A stretch of DNA of 64,000 nucleotides from Schizochytrium sp. TIO01 (Eukaryota > Protista > Bigyra: Labyrinthulomycetes). A program made the position numbers and the translations under genes. Location of the stretch: contig SMSO01000031.1 in the NCBI GenBank assembly GCA_004764695.1, positions 8,042,761 through 8,106,760 of the forward strand, given 5' to 3'. This document shows, piece after piece, positions 35,808 through 48,043 of this stretch (positions are counted from its first letter, which is position 1; each line of letters opens with the position of its first letter). The notes below the pieces were generated by a model. The model saw only the letters and a program-made list of their open reading frames with translations. It searched no databases and was not told where the DNA came from.

Positions 35808-36175
35808 TTTTGTTGTTGTTATTATTATTGTTATTATTATTGTTATTATTATTGTTATTATTATTGTTATTATTATTGTTATTATTATTGTTATTATTAT
35901 TGTTATTATTATTGTTATTGTTATTGTTATTGTTATTATTATTATTATTGTTGTTATTGTTATTGTTATTGTTATTGTTATTGTTATTGTTATTGTTATT
36001 GTTATTGTTATTGTTATTGTTATTGTTATTGTCATTGTTATTGTTATTGTTATTGTTATTGTTATTGTTATTATTATTGTTATTATTATTGTTATTGTTA
36101 TTGTTATTATTATTGTTATTCTTATTATTATTGTTATTGTTATTATTATTCTTATTGTTATTATTATTGCTATTA
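35808..36175. repeat. ~370 bp (TTA/TTG)n compound trinucleotide satellite
   Basis: Read directly; it produces the poly-L, poly-CY and poly-IT ORFs in the track. Confidence 0.97.
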
Positions 36176-37063
36176 AAGGCGGCGGCGGCGGTGTGTTCGT
36201 ATGGCTGTTGTTTTGCAACTTTTCGTTGATCGTACTCTTATTAAAACATGTGGATGCTAATTTTAAATGCGGGAAAACCAAATTATTAAGATAGCTAAAA
36301 TTCTAAGTCAATGTGGTCAATATCATTGCTCTTGTCACACTCGACAGCGAGACGAGGGTCCCAACTTCCTCGTCACATATACTTTCTACATTACTACGAT
36401 GGCTCTCAACTGCAAGGTACTTACATGAATGGACCGTACGATGACTTTTGGTATTGAGAGGCCTTCGAACTCGTGTATTGTTCCTTCAAGCGCCAAAGAC
36501 GATGCCACGACTCCCGCTAACAACAATGCCAAAGATGTCAAGGCAGCAACTGCTATAATGTAACGCTCTCAGCACCGCGCTGTGTTCCAGGAGGCTGTCG
36601 AGGTAGCCAATACACCTAAGAACCGTGCACTTTACCGTGATGTTAATAAAAGGTATATCACATCATATCTTATGAGTGTAAATCAAAATTGTTCATGTCG
36701 AAAATCGGGAACCGAGTTGTTCATGCGAATTTATATTTGCATCCAAAGAATAATACATATGACTTTTGCAATGCTTATTTTTAATTCATCAGTGACGATG
36801 TAAGATGTAAGATATATTTGAATAATTAATTCTGGGGAAATTTCGACCTGTCACTCGAGCGCGCTGTTGCTGTATCTAATAATCGAGAGCAATCTTATAT
36901 GCATATACATGAGCAACCTGTGTCATAGATGGTAAATGAGGAATCATCCCCAGCTACCATCACACGTGGAAGCTAAACCCCGTATACAAGGGAGAGCGAT
37001 AAAGAATTGTACCATGGCAGTTTAGGAAATGAACAGAACATCTCCAAATCTAGTTAATTTTGC

Positions 37064-37921
37064 TTAGGGTGAAGCAGGTGCTGCGGACGATATTTGGCGT
37101 TGTTGACCGTATGTATAACAGTGTGAACATACACGAACAGGGCGTTCGTAGCCCCATTGAGGCACAGGTGCAGAATGATCCGAGCAGGTACCACAAACCA
37201 CTTCGCCACAGCATCTGCAATGGTGACGGCGAAAGAAAAAGGTAAACCGGCTGTCACACCTGGCGCAAGCACGGGCCTCAGCATCAGGTACCCACGGCGC
37301 GATCATAGACCTCCTCATCTCGCGGCTTCGAAGTTCTTCGAGCTCGGTCCGTGCGGACTCCAGTTCTTCCTGAGTGGCCTGTAAGCTCTCGTTAACCTTA
37401 GCTTCCATGTCTCGCACAGACTTGCGAATATCACCCAATAGATTCATCCAGGATTGCTTCTGGGCATCAGACTTGCAAGTCCACCACACAAGGTTCTCGA
37501 GATCCTCCAAGACACGATCTACATCATTCCTGAGAGCCTGTACTTCATTGTTAACAGACATTTGGGACTTTACATCATTCATCGAGCTCTCTGTAACATC
37601 TACGTCACTGACAGATTGCTGCTCCTCCTGGGCCGGAGCTGATGCTTTAGCCCCCTTTGGGCTGTTCATCTTCTGCTTTTGAACTAGGGCCTCCTCGAAT
37701 GCTCTGGCAGTAGCAAGGGCAGTCTTGGCGGTTTTTGCGCATGCTGAGTCCTCGTCAGATCGCGACGTTAACATTTGAGCCACTGGGAGATCTGCTCGGG
37801 GCGAGGATCGTCGTGCCACTGTAGCCAGAGTCACTCTGCTGGCAGCTTTGCGCACAGCCTCTTTCTCGGCACGAATCAGGGCATTGCCAGTCAGGCCAGA
37901 ATTTTCGTCTAAGCCGTCCAT
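37064..37921 (-). CDS. Coiled-coil + FYVE zinc-finger (PI3P-binding) protein
   Basis: WVPD, RRHHCRCCG and RVC motifs with eight Cys ligands. Confidence 0.9.
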   Translation of the reverse strand: MDGLDENSGLTGNALIRAEKEAVRKAASRVTLATVARRSSPRADLPVAQMLTSRSDEDSACAKTAKTALATARAFEEALVQKQKMNSPKGAKASAPAQEEQQSVSDVDVTESSMNDVKSQMSVNNEVQALRNDVDRVLEDLENLVWWTCKSDAQKQSWMNLLGDIRKSVRDMEAKVNESLQATQEELESARTELEELRSREMRRSMIAPWVPDAEARACARCDSRFTFFFRRHHCRCCGEVVCGTCSDHSAPVPQWGYERPVRVCSHCYTYGQQRQISSAAPASP

Positions 37922-39598
37922 TGTATTGTGTTCAAATGAGTCCGAAAAGAAAATGTAAAAGTATGGAATGCAGTCCTATGTTCTACTTGTGAACTGTTCA
38001 CCTTCTGTGCGTTCACCACAATTTTTTGATGAGGACCCTTTCAAAAGTTTTGTTTGAGACTGTTGGATAGACGTTTCGCAGCACTCTTATTTCCCCCTTC
38101 GCAGTGATCTTCGAACACTGGGTAAGAGAGAAGAAGCTTTCGCACGTCTTCTTTGTTAAGCTAGGTACCTACCTACACAATCACGACGACCACCCGAGAA
38201 GTAGAAGACCGTCAGAGGTCAAGTCAACCCAAACTTTCCACACGAGCGAGTTCTCCTCCACTACAGAAACAAAGGCAGGCGACTCGAAAAGCCCACGACC
38301 CCGTCAACGCGACCAGGCCAACCAATTGCAGCATTGAAGGATTGATCAGTCAGCTGCACTAGTATGAAACCCGAAGTACCCGACGAAACACTCAAGTGCA
38401 GCCTAGAGTATGAGTTAGTTGTACTGCTAGGATTGTAATGGCAATCATCATTCTTCGAAACAAAAGTCGCCAGTGCGGACCCCACCGGACACAGTGTATG
38501 CGCAGAAACAGATGTGCCTCCTCAACGGTGAGCTATAGTTTATCGTAGTCGTACCCCTACCCAGCGAGCTAGTGCTAAATTACCTTAAGCTTGGTCTTTC
38601 GAAGTGTTGTTTTGCGAACCCGTGAATAGCTTATGACTTGGCGGCTGTTCTTGAGCATCGAGATAAGCGGTGATTTGATCACTGTCAACTCTGCGAGAAG
38701 CTAGAGGCGAGGATCTCCATGAAAACCTGGCCTGCTTGCTCGCAGAGATCCACCTACCCGGGTACTGCGACAGCACGAGTCCCCGTGCCTGGCCTTGAGT
38801 GGTGCAACCCCACAGGACACGGCGATCTTGTTCCTGGCGAAGTTCAATAGTTTTTCCTCTGTGATCATGGTGTGAAAAAGGAGATCAATTTGGGCTTCAC
38901 CCGAGCCAGGCTTCACAGACCTCAGGCAAACGCTTCGGGACAAACATGAAGCGTTGCGACACCAAGCCACTCGCCTTGCTGAAGTTAAGGTCACTAGGCC
39001 CAGCTTTGCTGGCCTGTGATATTCATGAGGTAAGTTTTGGCCTTTGTTCCATGTTACCACCGGATATAGGAACATTGGCCTATAGATTATACAATAGGTA
39101 CTATTGTTCAGATTATCATTAGAATTACTTCTTCAGCAGGAAGGAAAGGTGGAGTTCTTGGCACCAAGTACCTGATAGAGAGAGCTAACTGGCTAAGGCT
39201 TCACGTGGGGAGCATGAGCTGCTCGCTACCTGTTCGCAAAGAAACTAGTTGAGGCCGCACACCAACAAAGCCGGCTCCGCTTCATCGGCCAGGTGAGCAG
39301 AAATAAACGTTAGCATGGGGAAAACCAAAGTAACCGACACGTAGGCCAGCGGGGAAACTTTGCTTGCCTAGAGAGCCTACGGAAACAAATAGGATTTTCA
39401 AGGCTTATCATTTCTTTGGGCTCCTCTTCAGCTCATAAATGGATACACAAAATTAGGAATACAGATGGATATTTGCTCGAGGAGTTCCTGGGTTCTCCTA
39501 GTCTCTGGGTAGAGTAGGTAGATTCGATTGGAAAGTCTTGTGTTGTGAAGCAAGGCAAGTTTTGTGAATAATAGCGTTGCTCGAATTGTGCTGCCGAT

Positions 39599-40315
39599 TT
39601 AGCGTTGATCTTGCTTTGCGGAGGAGTTTTGGCGCTCGCGAGATGCTCTCACGAGATCATAAAGAAGCGGAAGAGGTCGCCCGAGGTCCTCTCGAAAGTC
39701 ACGGCGATTAGAGAGACCTAAATCTTCAGCAAGAACACTCCGCGGAAGACTCTCATCCTTGGGCTGACCAGTTTCTGGTTCAAAGACAGAGAGTGAATGT
39801 GAGTAACCATTGTAGTCCAGGTAGTCGCGAATTAGCTCATTGATGATGAGAGTCTCGCTGCTCGGGCGCGGAGCTCGCGGAGTACCCTCGCCTTCAAGAA
39901 TGCCAAAAACCTCTGCACGGAGGCGTGCCTTGATTGCATCCGATACGCCACGAGCTCGCAAGCTATCTCCGATAGCTGGGAACCCCCGGAAGAATGCCAA
40001 TTTTCATTTTTAAGAATGCAATCAAAAGTCAAATAGATAATTGTCATAACAACGTCAGAGGTCAGAAGTTTAGCGTAAGCATTGTCAGTCTCACGATAAT
40101 CCCGTTATGAAATTGTATTGTGATGATTCTTCTGAAAGTCTACAAATACATCGCCTTGGCTACATAAGATCTTGATTTGATTTATGTCCAAAAAGTATTA
40201 CCTTCTCAGCGAGGCAACGCATGATCAATCAGATAGAACCAACACATTGACTGAGGAAGCTAAATTAAATAATGCGTAGGGACTTACCTTCTGTCAACTC
40301 ATCGAGGGACGCCAT
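39599..40315 (-). CDS. CEP20: FOR20/FOPNL/CEP20 LisH-domain centriolar protein, two exons (40315-40288, 39975-39599), 134 aa
   Basis: Exon 1 MASLDELTE ends at G|GTAAGT. The 312-nt intron ends CCCAG. The spliced product MASLDELTEAIGDSLRARGVSDAIKARLRAEVF...ETLIINELIRDYLDYNGYSHSLSVFEPETGQP...LPLLYDL matches the FOR20 pattern. Confidence 0.9.
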
Positions 40316-40578
40316 TGCCTGCAGCAGCTTTTTCCAGGCTTTGATCAAGACTCAATGTTTCGAGACCTCGACTCTCCCTTGGCAGTATACTCCCAACAAC
40401 GCGCAGCACACGAAAGTCAACGTAGGATGATGTTGATCACCAATCGACCTAACTAACGTCCATCAACACAAAGAAAGTCCTTCAGACACAGACCCGTGAG
40501 CCTGGCGCGCTGGATCTACTTGCGTATCCAAGTCGCGCTGCCACGATTCTATCCTGCCCACGCAACCCCAAATAAAGC

Positions 40579-40621
<43 letters not shown>
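40579..40621. repeat. (GCA)14 microsatellite in a divergent promoter region
   Basis: Read directly from the sequence. Confidence 0.95.
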
Positions 40622-40622
<1 letters not shown>

Positions 40623-41427
40623 TTTGGTCGATTTGTTGTCTATCACTACCCCGTTGTTGAAGTGAAGATAACCACGGTTCCTCAACCGTTCTGTATCTGT
40701 TCGTCCGTTCCTACTGGTTCATAGACGTTGCCGCTCCCACATTGAGCCATATTGGACATAAGCCTATAAATAAATGGGGTGGTTAACGGGCTAGTGCTTA
40801 CCTAGTGTTTATAGTAGGGGCTGAAGGTCGTAGTTATTATAATAGGCCTATTATTCAACTAAGTTTTTACAAGTTTGCTATAATATAAGTTTTGACGATT
40901 TTTGATCGCTTGAGGTCAAGCAGACTATCAAATACACCACGAGCGGCTTGTGGAGTGGCTCGTGAGCGATAAGGATATATCATTGATAGAAATTCTAGGT
41001 TTTGTTTTCAGGTTTCAGAACGGAGGTGAGACAGTCCCTCGATTGGGCGACTCCGGTCATCGAGAATTGGAGGCATTGAATTGACATCCTTGAAATCGTC
41101 CATTTATCACTCTATCGGTCGCTGATTGGTCATAAGTTGTTGATCAGTCTCTTAACTGCAAGTGCTGCCAGACCACTGCTGCAGCAAGAAACTAAGGGCC
41201 ACGCGCAGATACCAAACTCTCAGCAGCGCCTGGGAGAGCGAGTGGAGCCGTAAAGAAGGTCTAGCCCAAGTTTTCATACTTGAGGAAGGCTAGCTTTGCT
41301 AGCTGATCGGACGCAGGAAAACTGACGAGGTCTTTTGAGGTTCTCCCTTCGTAACAAATTTGAGAGATATCTGAAAGAACTGGGCACAGACAACTGACAG
41401 GGACGAAATCGATCGTAGCACGCCATC

Positions 41428-44400
41428 ATGGCGTTTGCTAGCAAAAATGGCGTGAATGCTGGCGTAGAAAAGTTCTTGAAAGACACTGACCAGGATATTC
41501 GACGAGCGACACGAGAAGAGGATTCTTTATTTGAGAGACTTGTGCAGGAGGAAATGGAGCGCCAGTCCCGCGCGGGTTTTGGCCAGTTTGGCACAGTATC
41601 CGTGGATGACAATGCGTATCAGCAGGGCAACACTCGTGATTACCCGCCAAGATCTACCTTGTCAGCCAGGGAAAGTACTACGAAAGAACCACGCTACTTT
41701 CCCAGCGCAGAGGAGGCTTTTCGTGCAGCGCAACTCGAAATTGACACTGGATTTGATAAACGCCCCCCTAGCTCTTTTGCATCCTCAGCAACACTATCCT
41801 CTGTCGGATCTAATGCCAAAGCTTCATCCACACATACACAGGCAACGGAACCCCCGCGCGGTTCAAGACACAGCTACACACAACCTTATGCGGAAACCAA
41901 GCACTACGACTCTGCTCATGAATTTAAGCCTAGCGATAATAATTTGCGAGCTGGACAAGTACCTGTGAGTATTCCGAGCTCTTCTCTACAAGGCTGGACC
42001 GCAAACGCAATGAGCCCCACCACAGGGAGTGGTTCGCCAATTAGTGGTCGTATTGGATTTGGTCGTGGTCTCCACACACTTCAACTAGGTGCATCCGAAG
42101 CAGAGCTTGAGCGAATGCGACGTGCTGAAATGGACAAAAAACTTAGCTATCAACGCGATCTTGATCGCCAACTGGCAGAAAAGCGTGAACGAGAACGTCA
42201 ACTGGCAAGCGAAAATGGTAGACCTCCAAGCAATCGTCGTCAGTCGGCACCTTCTGGCTTGCAGGTAGGCCCCAGCGTGACTTCTTCATCAACATTAAAG
42301 ATACCAAACCTTGAACAATCTTCAACTTCGTCCTCGTCGACATCTTCACTGATGTCCATGCCTTCATCGGCATCTCACAGAGATGAGATCTGGCCAGGCC
42401 AAGGCAATGGCGTTGGGCGTCGATCGATTGGCGCACCAGAGTTTGCATTACCGTCTGCATCCCTGGCGCCAGCGTCGTTTAAAGTTCCTTCCTCAGTTCT
42501 ACCCCTTCGTGAATCGATGGATGAGAAACAAGCGCGAATCCTGCAGCGTAAAAAGCAGGAGGCTTATGCACAAGCTTTGCAAGAGCAAGTGCGTGAGCGA
42601 GAACTTTACCTTCAACGCCAAAAACAAGAGGAAGAGGAGTACGAAAGACGTTATGGTGGTGGTGCATCTCCACCGGGTATTGGGGCCCCTGAGTCATTCG
42701 GAGGGATTCGATCAAAGCAATCTAGCCGAAACGCCTGGCAAGGAGACGGATCCCCGTCGCCTTCCTCACGGTCAGGAACTCCGCCGATTTACAGTGGCGA
42801 TCTGGGTGCTGGTGATAGTTCGCCCGCAAACCCTTATGGTGGAGGCTTTACTTCTGAGGATGGTCATGAAAACAGTTATCAAACAAACAGCAATAACAAC
42901 AATATGACACACACGCGTGCTCGGTTTCGGTTTGATCGTCTTGATCCTAGTGAGCAGGACGAGATCCTACGCAGGCAACAACAACAGCAACTTCAACAAC
43001 TCTCGCTGCGTCAACAGATTGCAGATAAGGAAGCACGTGCAGAGGAAGAGAAACGGAGAATTCGGGAAGAAGAGGCCGCTGAAGAACGTAGGATTGCGCG
43101 TGAGCTTGAAGAGCTTCGTCTTGCGGCAGAAAGGGATCGCGTTTTGATGAAAGGCCGTGCAAAGGGTAATGCTCAGTCTTCTGAGAACGTGCCAAGCCCT
43201 CTAACAAGCTCAGGACATGAGGTTCCGTCCAACAATTTGTTGAACGCTCACAAAGGAGACGAGTACCTTCCTCACCCACAACCATCTTCGTATGCGTCTC
43301 ATCAGATGAGATCCCGTCCGACCGAGCCTGCTGTGACGTCTCCTTCTTTTGAGGTAGACGAGGATTTGCAGCGCAAACGCTTAGAGATGCAGGAGATGCG
43401 GCGCCAGCAGGAGGAACTTCAGCGCGAACTCGAACGGCAGCGGATGGAACTTGCCAAACTTCGACAAATGAAAGAGGCTAGGAAGCAGATGGAGCTTTCT
43501 AGTGGCTCCCAGTACTCTCAGCGCTCCCAGAGTGCAATATCTTCAGCACATCCAGGAAAAGAACTCAGGAAAGTATCTGCATACGATGCCGCGGAAGAAG
43601 CCTACCATAGGCCTCCTTCCTCTGGGAGTATCTACGAAAACAATAGGGGATTCCACAAAGCGCGACCGCAGAGTGCACGTTCGCAGACACAGGTTCCCGA
43701 CCCGGCCTTTCAGAGTCGTCCCAAAGTTGGTAATTCTATAGAGTTCATGCCATCATCACCGCTGCGAACAAGCGGCAGATTTCATCGTGACGAATTAATC
43801 ATGTCACCAGCTTCTGAAGCCGGGTTCCCAAGACCCAATGGTACATCTAGCATCCTGGAAAGTAGTATGCCTTCTCGCTCCAAACTTGTTAACATTCCAA
43901 ACCTCCAGACCCAAGTTGGGAAGGGTAATCGTGGAGGTCGGGGAGCACAACAAGATTTGTCACGACTCGACGAGACTTGGCACCCTTCTCAAAGCGGAGC
44001 ACGTGGGGCCAACGGAGTGGCATCGGGTTTGGCGAGCGTACGCGAGGGGGAATATTATACCCAGCCCAAACATAGTTCATCACTTGGGCGATTTGATGAG
44101 GAGTCTGTAACTGATGGACAACACTATGATGACGACGAGGAGGAGGACTTGGACAAAACTCTGCAAGTTATTAGTCGCTGTTTCGTTTATGTTTCTCCCA
44201 AGGGTAAAGATGGCAATAATGAGGCTAATGTGTTCTTGTTTAATGACCAGGGCGAAGAGGTTGCTCAAAAGAATGAGGTTCCTCGCGACACCATTTCGCA
44301 GTCAAAGTCTGGATCTTCGGGCGGCAATTCAAAAGCATTGCGGCACCCTCTTGGTCAAGCTAGCCAGCGTCAAAATGCGAAGCAAAATGGTGGCTTATTA

Positions 44401-45565
44401 TTGAGAAGACGTCTGCATCGAGATGATAGTCCACTTCCTATTACAGGAACACCAGTTCGCGATCCATATGCACTTCATTCTCGAGGTTCACCTGCATCTT
44501 GGCAAGCACGATCGTTCGCAACTGGCGACGATGACGACGACGATGAGGATGACGACGACGACGATGCGGACGATGAGGATGAGGTTAATTTTGCGGATCG
44601 TGACGAAGACAACCATCTTGGTCGAAATCAAACGAGCCCTCTGCCATATGACGATGAAGATGACGATGACGAGGATGAAGATGAAGAAGCTATTCACCTC
44701 GATGATCTTGAGCAAAGTCGTGTGCGAACTGCCCAGGCTGCTCGAATGGCTTTGCAGCGCGCTTCAGCGCATTCTGAAGATGAGGAAAGTGTTCCCGATG
44801 GAACTCCTAAAAGCACTAAGTCTCGTCGACAAATTTCTGGCGTAGGGCGCCAAAAAGACACCCGTTCTTCCATAAAGTCGCCGCTGGATTCGAAGCAACT
44901 CTCTCAGGTGAACAATCAAAATCTACGTCAAGTGGAGACTCCGTTACGAGATCGCCAACAAACGAAGAACCGGAACGTGCAAGCCTTGTCATCTATGTCT
45001 GTCAGAAGTTGGCAGTGCGTCGCCTTCGTCCTCTTCAAGCTCTTCTACGGAGTCCTCAAACCCCTCGCCAAAGTCTTCCACGAAGAATTCCGCCTTCTCA
45101 GCATCTTACATAGGACAGGATGAGAATAAGCCCAAAATGTCCAACATGGGCCGTTTTCCGGTTCGTACAGCTGCGCAAGACAAAACGTCGACAGACGATT
45201 TCTCGTTTGAACCACGAAAAGCAACACGGAAACTGGCAGCACGCAGTGCAAAAGCATGGGAACGCCCATCATTTATGGTCTATCGAAATGAGCAACAGCA
45301 TCTGAGTGCAAGTGGTAGCAACGTAAGCCCTGGCAGCCCTGCTACGGGCGGCGCTCTCAAGGCTCTGGAAAGTGCCTCTCGAAAGTCACGCGACACTGCC
45401 CATTATGAACAAGATGGAAGCAAGAAATTAGCAAATGGCAATGAATGTTCAGATGAATTTAGCGATGACGATGACGACGACGACGACGACGAATATGTAG
45501 CCTACGCCTCTTCGTCAGAGGAGGTTCCGCTCTCCGCATTCGAGGAAACCCGTGAGCTGGCATAA
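41428..45565 (+). CDS. Large disordered/coiled-coil protein, CCDC66/CSPP1-like; apparent frameshift near 45000
   Basis: Repeated motifs KKLSYQRDLDRQLAEKRER, KQEAYAQALQEQVRERE and LRQQIADKEARAEEEKRRIREEEAAEERRI. From 45002 the next frame continues in the same low-complexity style (SEVGSASPSSSSSS...) into ORF 45137-45565. Confidence 0.6.
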
Positions 45566-46399
45566 TCTCTTTGTAATTCAGTGAAATAATAGTTGGCTTG
45601 GAGATAAATGCGACCAGGTGCCTAAAGTCTTGCAGTACCTGAAACTGAAACGTTGAAATGATTACATTATTTTTTTTAATATAAATATATGAGATAGAAG
45701 TTACACATCCTATGCGCACAGAGAAAGATATTGTTTACCTTTCCGGTACCTTACATATATGTACTTGGGCAGGCGACCTATGCTGCTGCTCATTCGTTTT
45801 ATACTTCACCGCAGGGGCGTCTTACTTCGCTTTCTATAGAGCGGCTTGGCTCTGATTATTTATCCTGTCTTTCACCTCGGTACAAGTCCTAGGGTAGCTA
45901 GCTACTCGCCTAGTACATATTAAGCAGGCCCTATACATAATAGTACCTACTACCTACTAGTAGTAGTTAGTTCCAAGTCGGTTCACCATTTAGGATTTGC
46001 GTCAGACAGAACAGAAAGACAAAATGCCAACACCCACTGTCTGGCTACTGATCTCAGAAGGGCCGGCTTGTTGCACTTGCCATGCCAGCTGCACGTAGGT
46101 AGGCACTCAGTAGCAGTGGCCGGCGCCTCGTTCACGGCTTTTCCATGGCAGAGCCATTGGTTGCTTCGACGCCATGTTCCTCTCCCTTATTTACTCGTAT
46201 CTACTCTACCAAACTGCACGGAAGTTTGCTGTGAACCTCTTCAGATGAACAAACGCCAAGTAGAACCGGGCTCATTTGTCTGAGGTTATCCAAATACCTT
46301 GCGCCTCCTTCTGCTATCGATGCTGTGGCTGTCGCTGGTGTGGCTGTCGTTGCGTGCATTGCACTGCTGTGGCTGAGCTTGCTGACTGTGTAGTGAATG

Positions 46400-47160
46400 T
46401 GTGACACGCACAAAGCCACCCCCGCCCGCGTTGATCAGAGCTGGCACCAAGTAGCGTCAGAGACGTGGTGTCAGAGACGCGGTGTCAGAGACACGGGCTC
46501 CTCCGACCTCCTTCGAGGCACTCTCCCAGAGACTCCCGCGCTCACTCCACCCGCACTTCGCCTACACGCTCCACCTGAGGCAGTTCCTGGAGCTGGCAGG
46601 CATGGACCCGAAGAACTCCGGGTTCTTGCGCACACCGAAGACCTGCGAGATCTTCTCGCAGCTGGCGCTAACGAGGAGGAGGGCCTTGGGCCGCGTCGCC
46701 GACGGTCGCAGAGGTCTCCGCGCCTGAGGACCTCGAGGTCCACAGGCGCCCAAGCTCGCGCAGTCGCCGAAGTGTCGGCGTGTCTTCAGCCACGATCGAT
46801 CGCGCATTGTGGAAGGCATAAATAGCCAGCCCACGCATGCTCAGTGCCCGCCCCCGAGCGACGCTTATGGGCGCAGTCGGCGGCAGGGCGTCGAGGATAT
46901 CCTGGATTACTGGAGACCAGAGCACACTTCCAGGATATCATGGAAGAGCCTAGTCCAGGTGGAGGAAATGGAGAACGAAGAAAGAAGAAGAAGCAATCCG
47001 GAATCAGACAGCCAGCTCTCTCGCTCTCTCGCTCTCTCGCTCTCTCGCTCTCTCGGAGTCGGACTCGGACTCGGGCTCGCAGGAGACCGCGCACTGGAAG
47101 GTCGAGTGGGAAGCAAGGGAATCGCACAGCGGTCCCGGCAAAAACTCAGCGGCTGACGCG
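46400..47160 (+). pseudogene. GC-rich decayed coding fragment with short tandem duplications
   Basis: Strongly GC3-biased stretch HPHFAYTLHLRQFLELAGMDPKNSGFLRTPKTCEIFSQLAL, then frameshifted GVEDILDYWRPEH. 14-bp repeat x3 at 46456-46494; (TCTCGCTC)n and (GGACTC)n near 47020-47075. Confidence 0.35.
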
Positions 47161-47425
47161 GAGGAGACAGATTGATTAATTGAGGCTTCGAGTCCAGCGT
47201 GAGCGCTATCTCTCTCTATATACATACATATATTGGAGAAAAGAAGGAAACCCTGAGATCCTTTGGTGCAAATCTAGATTGACAGTGTCGATCTGGGGGA
47301 TTTCTTGTGGTGAACCAAGCTTGGTTTTACGTGCGAAGCGTGGACGTTTGTGAACAAAAAGATTTCCTAGAGTTCATTGGGACGAGAAGTCGCGCAAAAG
47401 TTTAAAGACAAAACTAAAAGGAACC

Positions 47426-48043
47426 ATGGGTAACGGAGAATCGATGATGCAGAAGCAGCTGCTGGAGCTGAGGCTGACGGCGAAGCAGCTCCAGCGCGAG
47501 GCAAAGAAATGCGAGAAGAACTCAAAGGCTTCCAAGACAAAGCTGAAGGCCGCCATTGAGCGAGGAGATATGGAGGGAGCCAAGATCTATGCCTCGAACT
47601 CAATCCGCGATAAAAACCAGGCATTAAATTACCTACGACTAGCCTCGAGAATTGAAGCTGTATCACAACGGGTGCAAACAGCCATTAGCATGGGACGTCT
47701 AAATAAGACAATGAGCAAGACTGTTGTCGGCATGGACAAGGTCCTCAAGACGATGGATGTAGAAAAGATTGGCAAGGTCATGGATAAGTTTGAGTCCAAC
47801 TTTGAGGACCTCGACGTCCGCAGCGCATACATGACCAACGCCATGGATAGCACCACTGCTGGTGTAACTCCGGAGAGCGAGGTATCGGAGCTGATTCAGA
47901 TGGTGGCCGACGAGCACGGTCTCCAGGTTGCCGGAGAGTTGGACGACGCTGGCACTGTCTCCCACAAGACACCAGCAGCTGCCGAGAAGCAGGGTGCCGG
48001 AGACCTCGAGGCCCGCCTTGCTGCTCTCAACTCCAACCACTAA
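47426..48043 (+). CDS. CHMP1: ESCRT-III subunit CHMP1/Did2/Vps46
   Basis: AKIYASNSIRDKNQALNYLRLASRIEAVSQRVQTA, MDKFESNFEDLDV, TPESEVSELIQMVADEHGL and C-terminal MIM1 DLEARLAAL. Confidence 0.95.
   Translation: MGNGESMMQKQLLELRLTAKQLQREAKKCEKNSKASKTKLKAAIERGDMEGAKIYASNSIRDKNQALNYLRLASRIEAVSQRVQTAISMGRLNKTMSKTVVGMDKVLKTMDVEKIGKVMDKFESNFEDLDVRSAYMTNAMDSTTAGVTPESEVSELIQMVADEHGLQVAGELDDAGTVSHKTPAAAEKQGAGDLEARLAALNSNH

Noticed and set aside
35778-36281. Poly-Cys/Tyr, poly-Leu and poly-Ile/Thr ORFs
   Set aside because: They are translations of the (TTA/TTG)n satellite.
38585-39075. ITEEKLLNF as a Crypton/tyrosine-recombinase N-terminal relic
   Set aside because: Only one short motif, with no catalytic residues visible; it may be a decayed gene but cannot be assigned.
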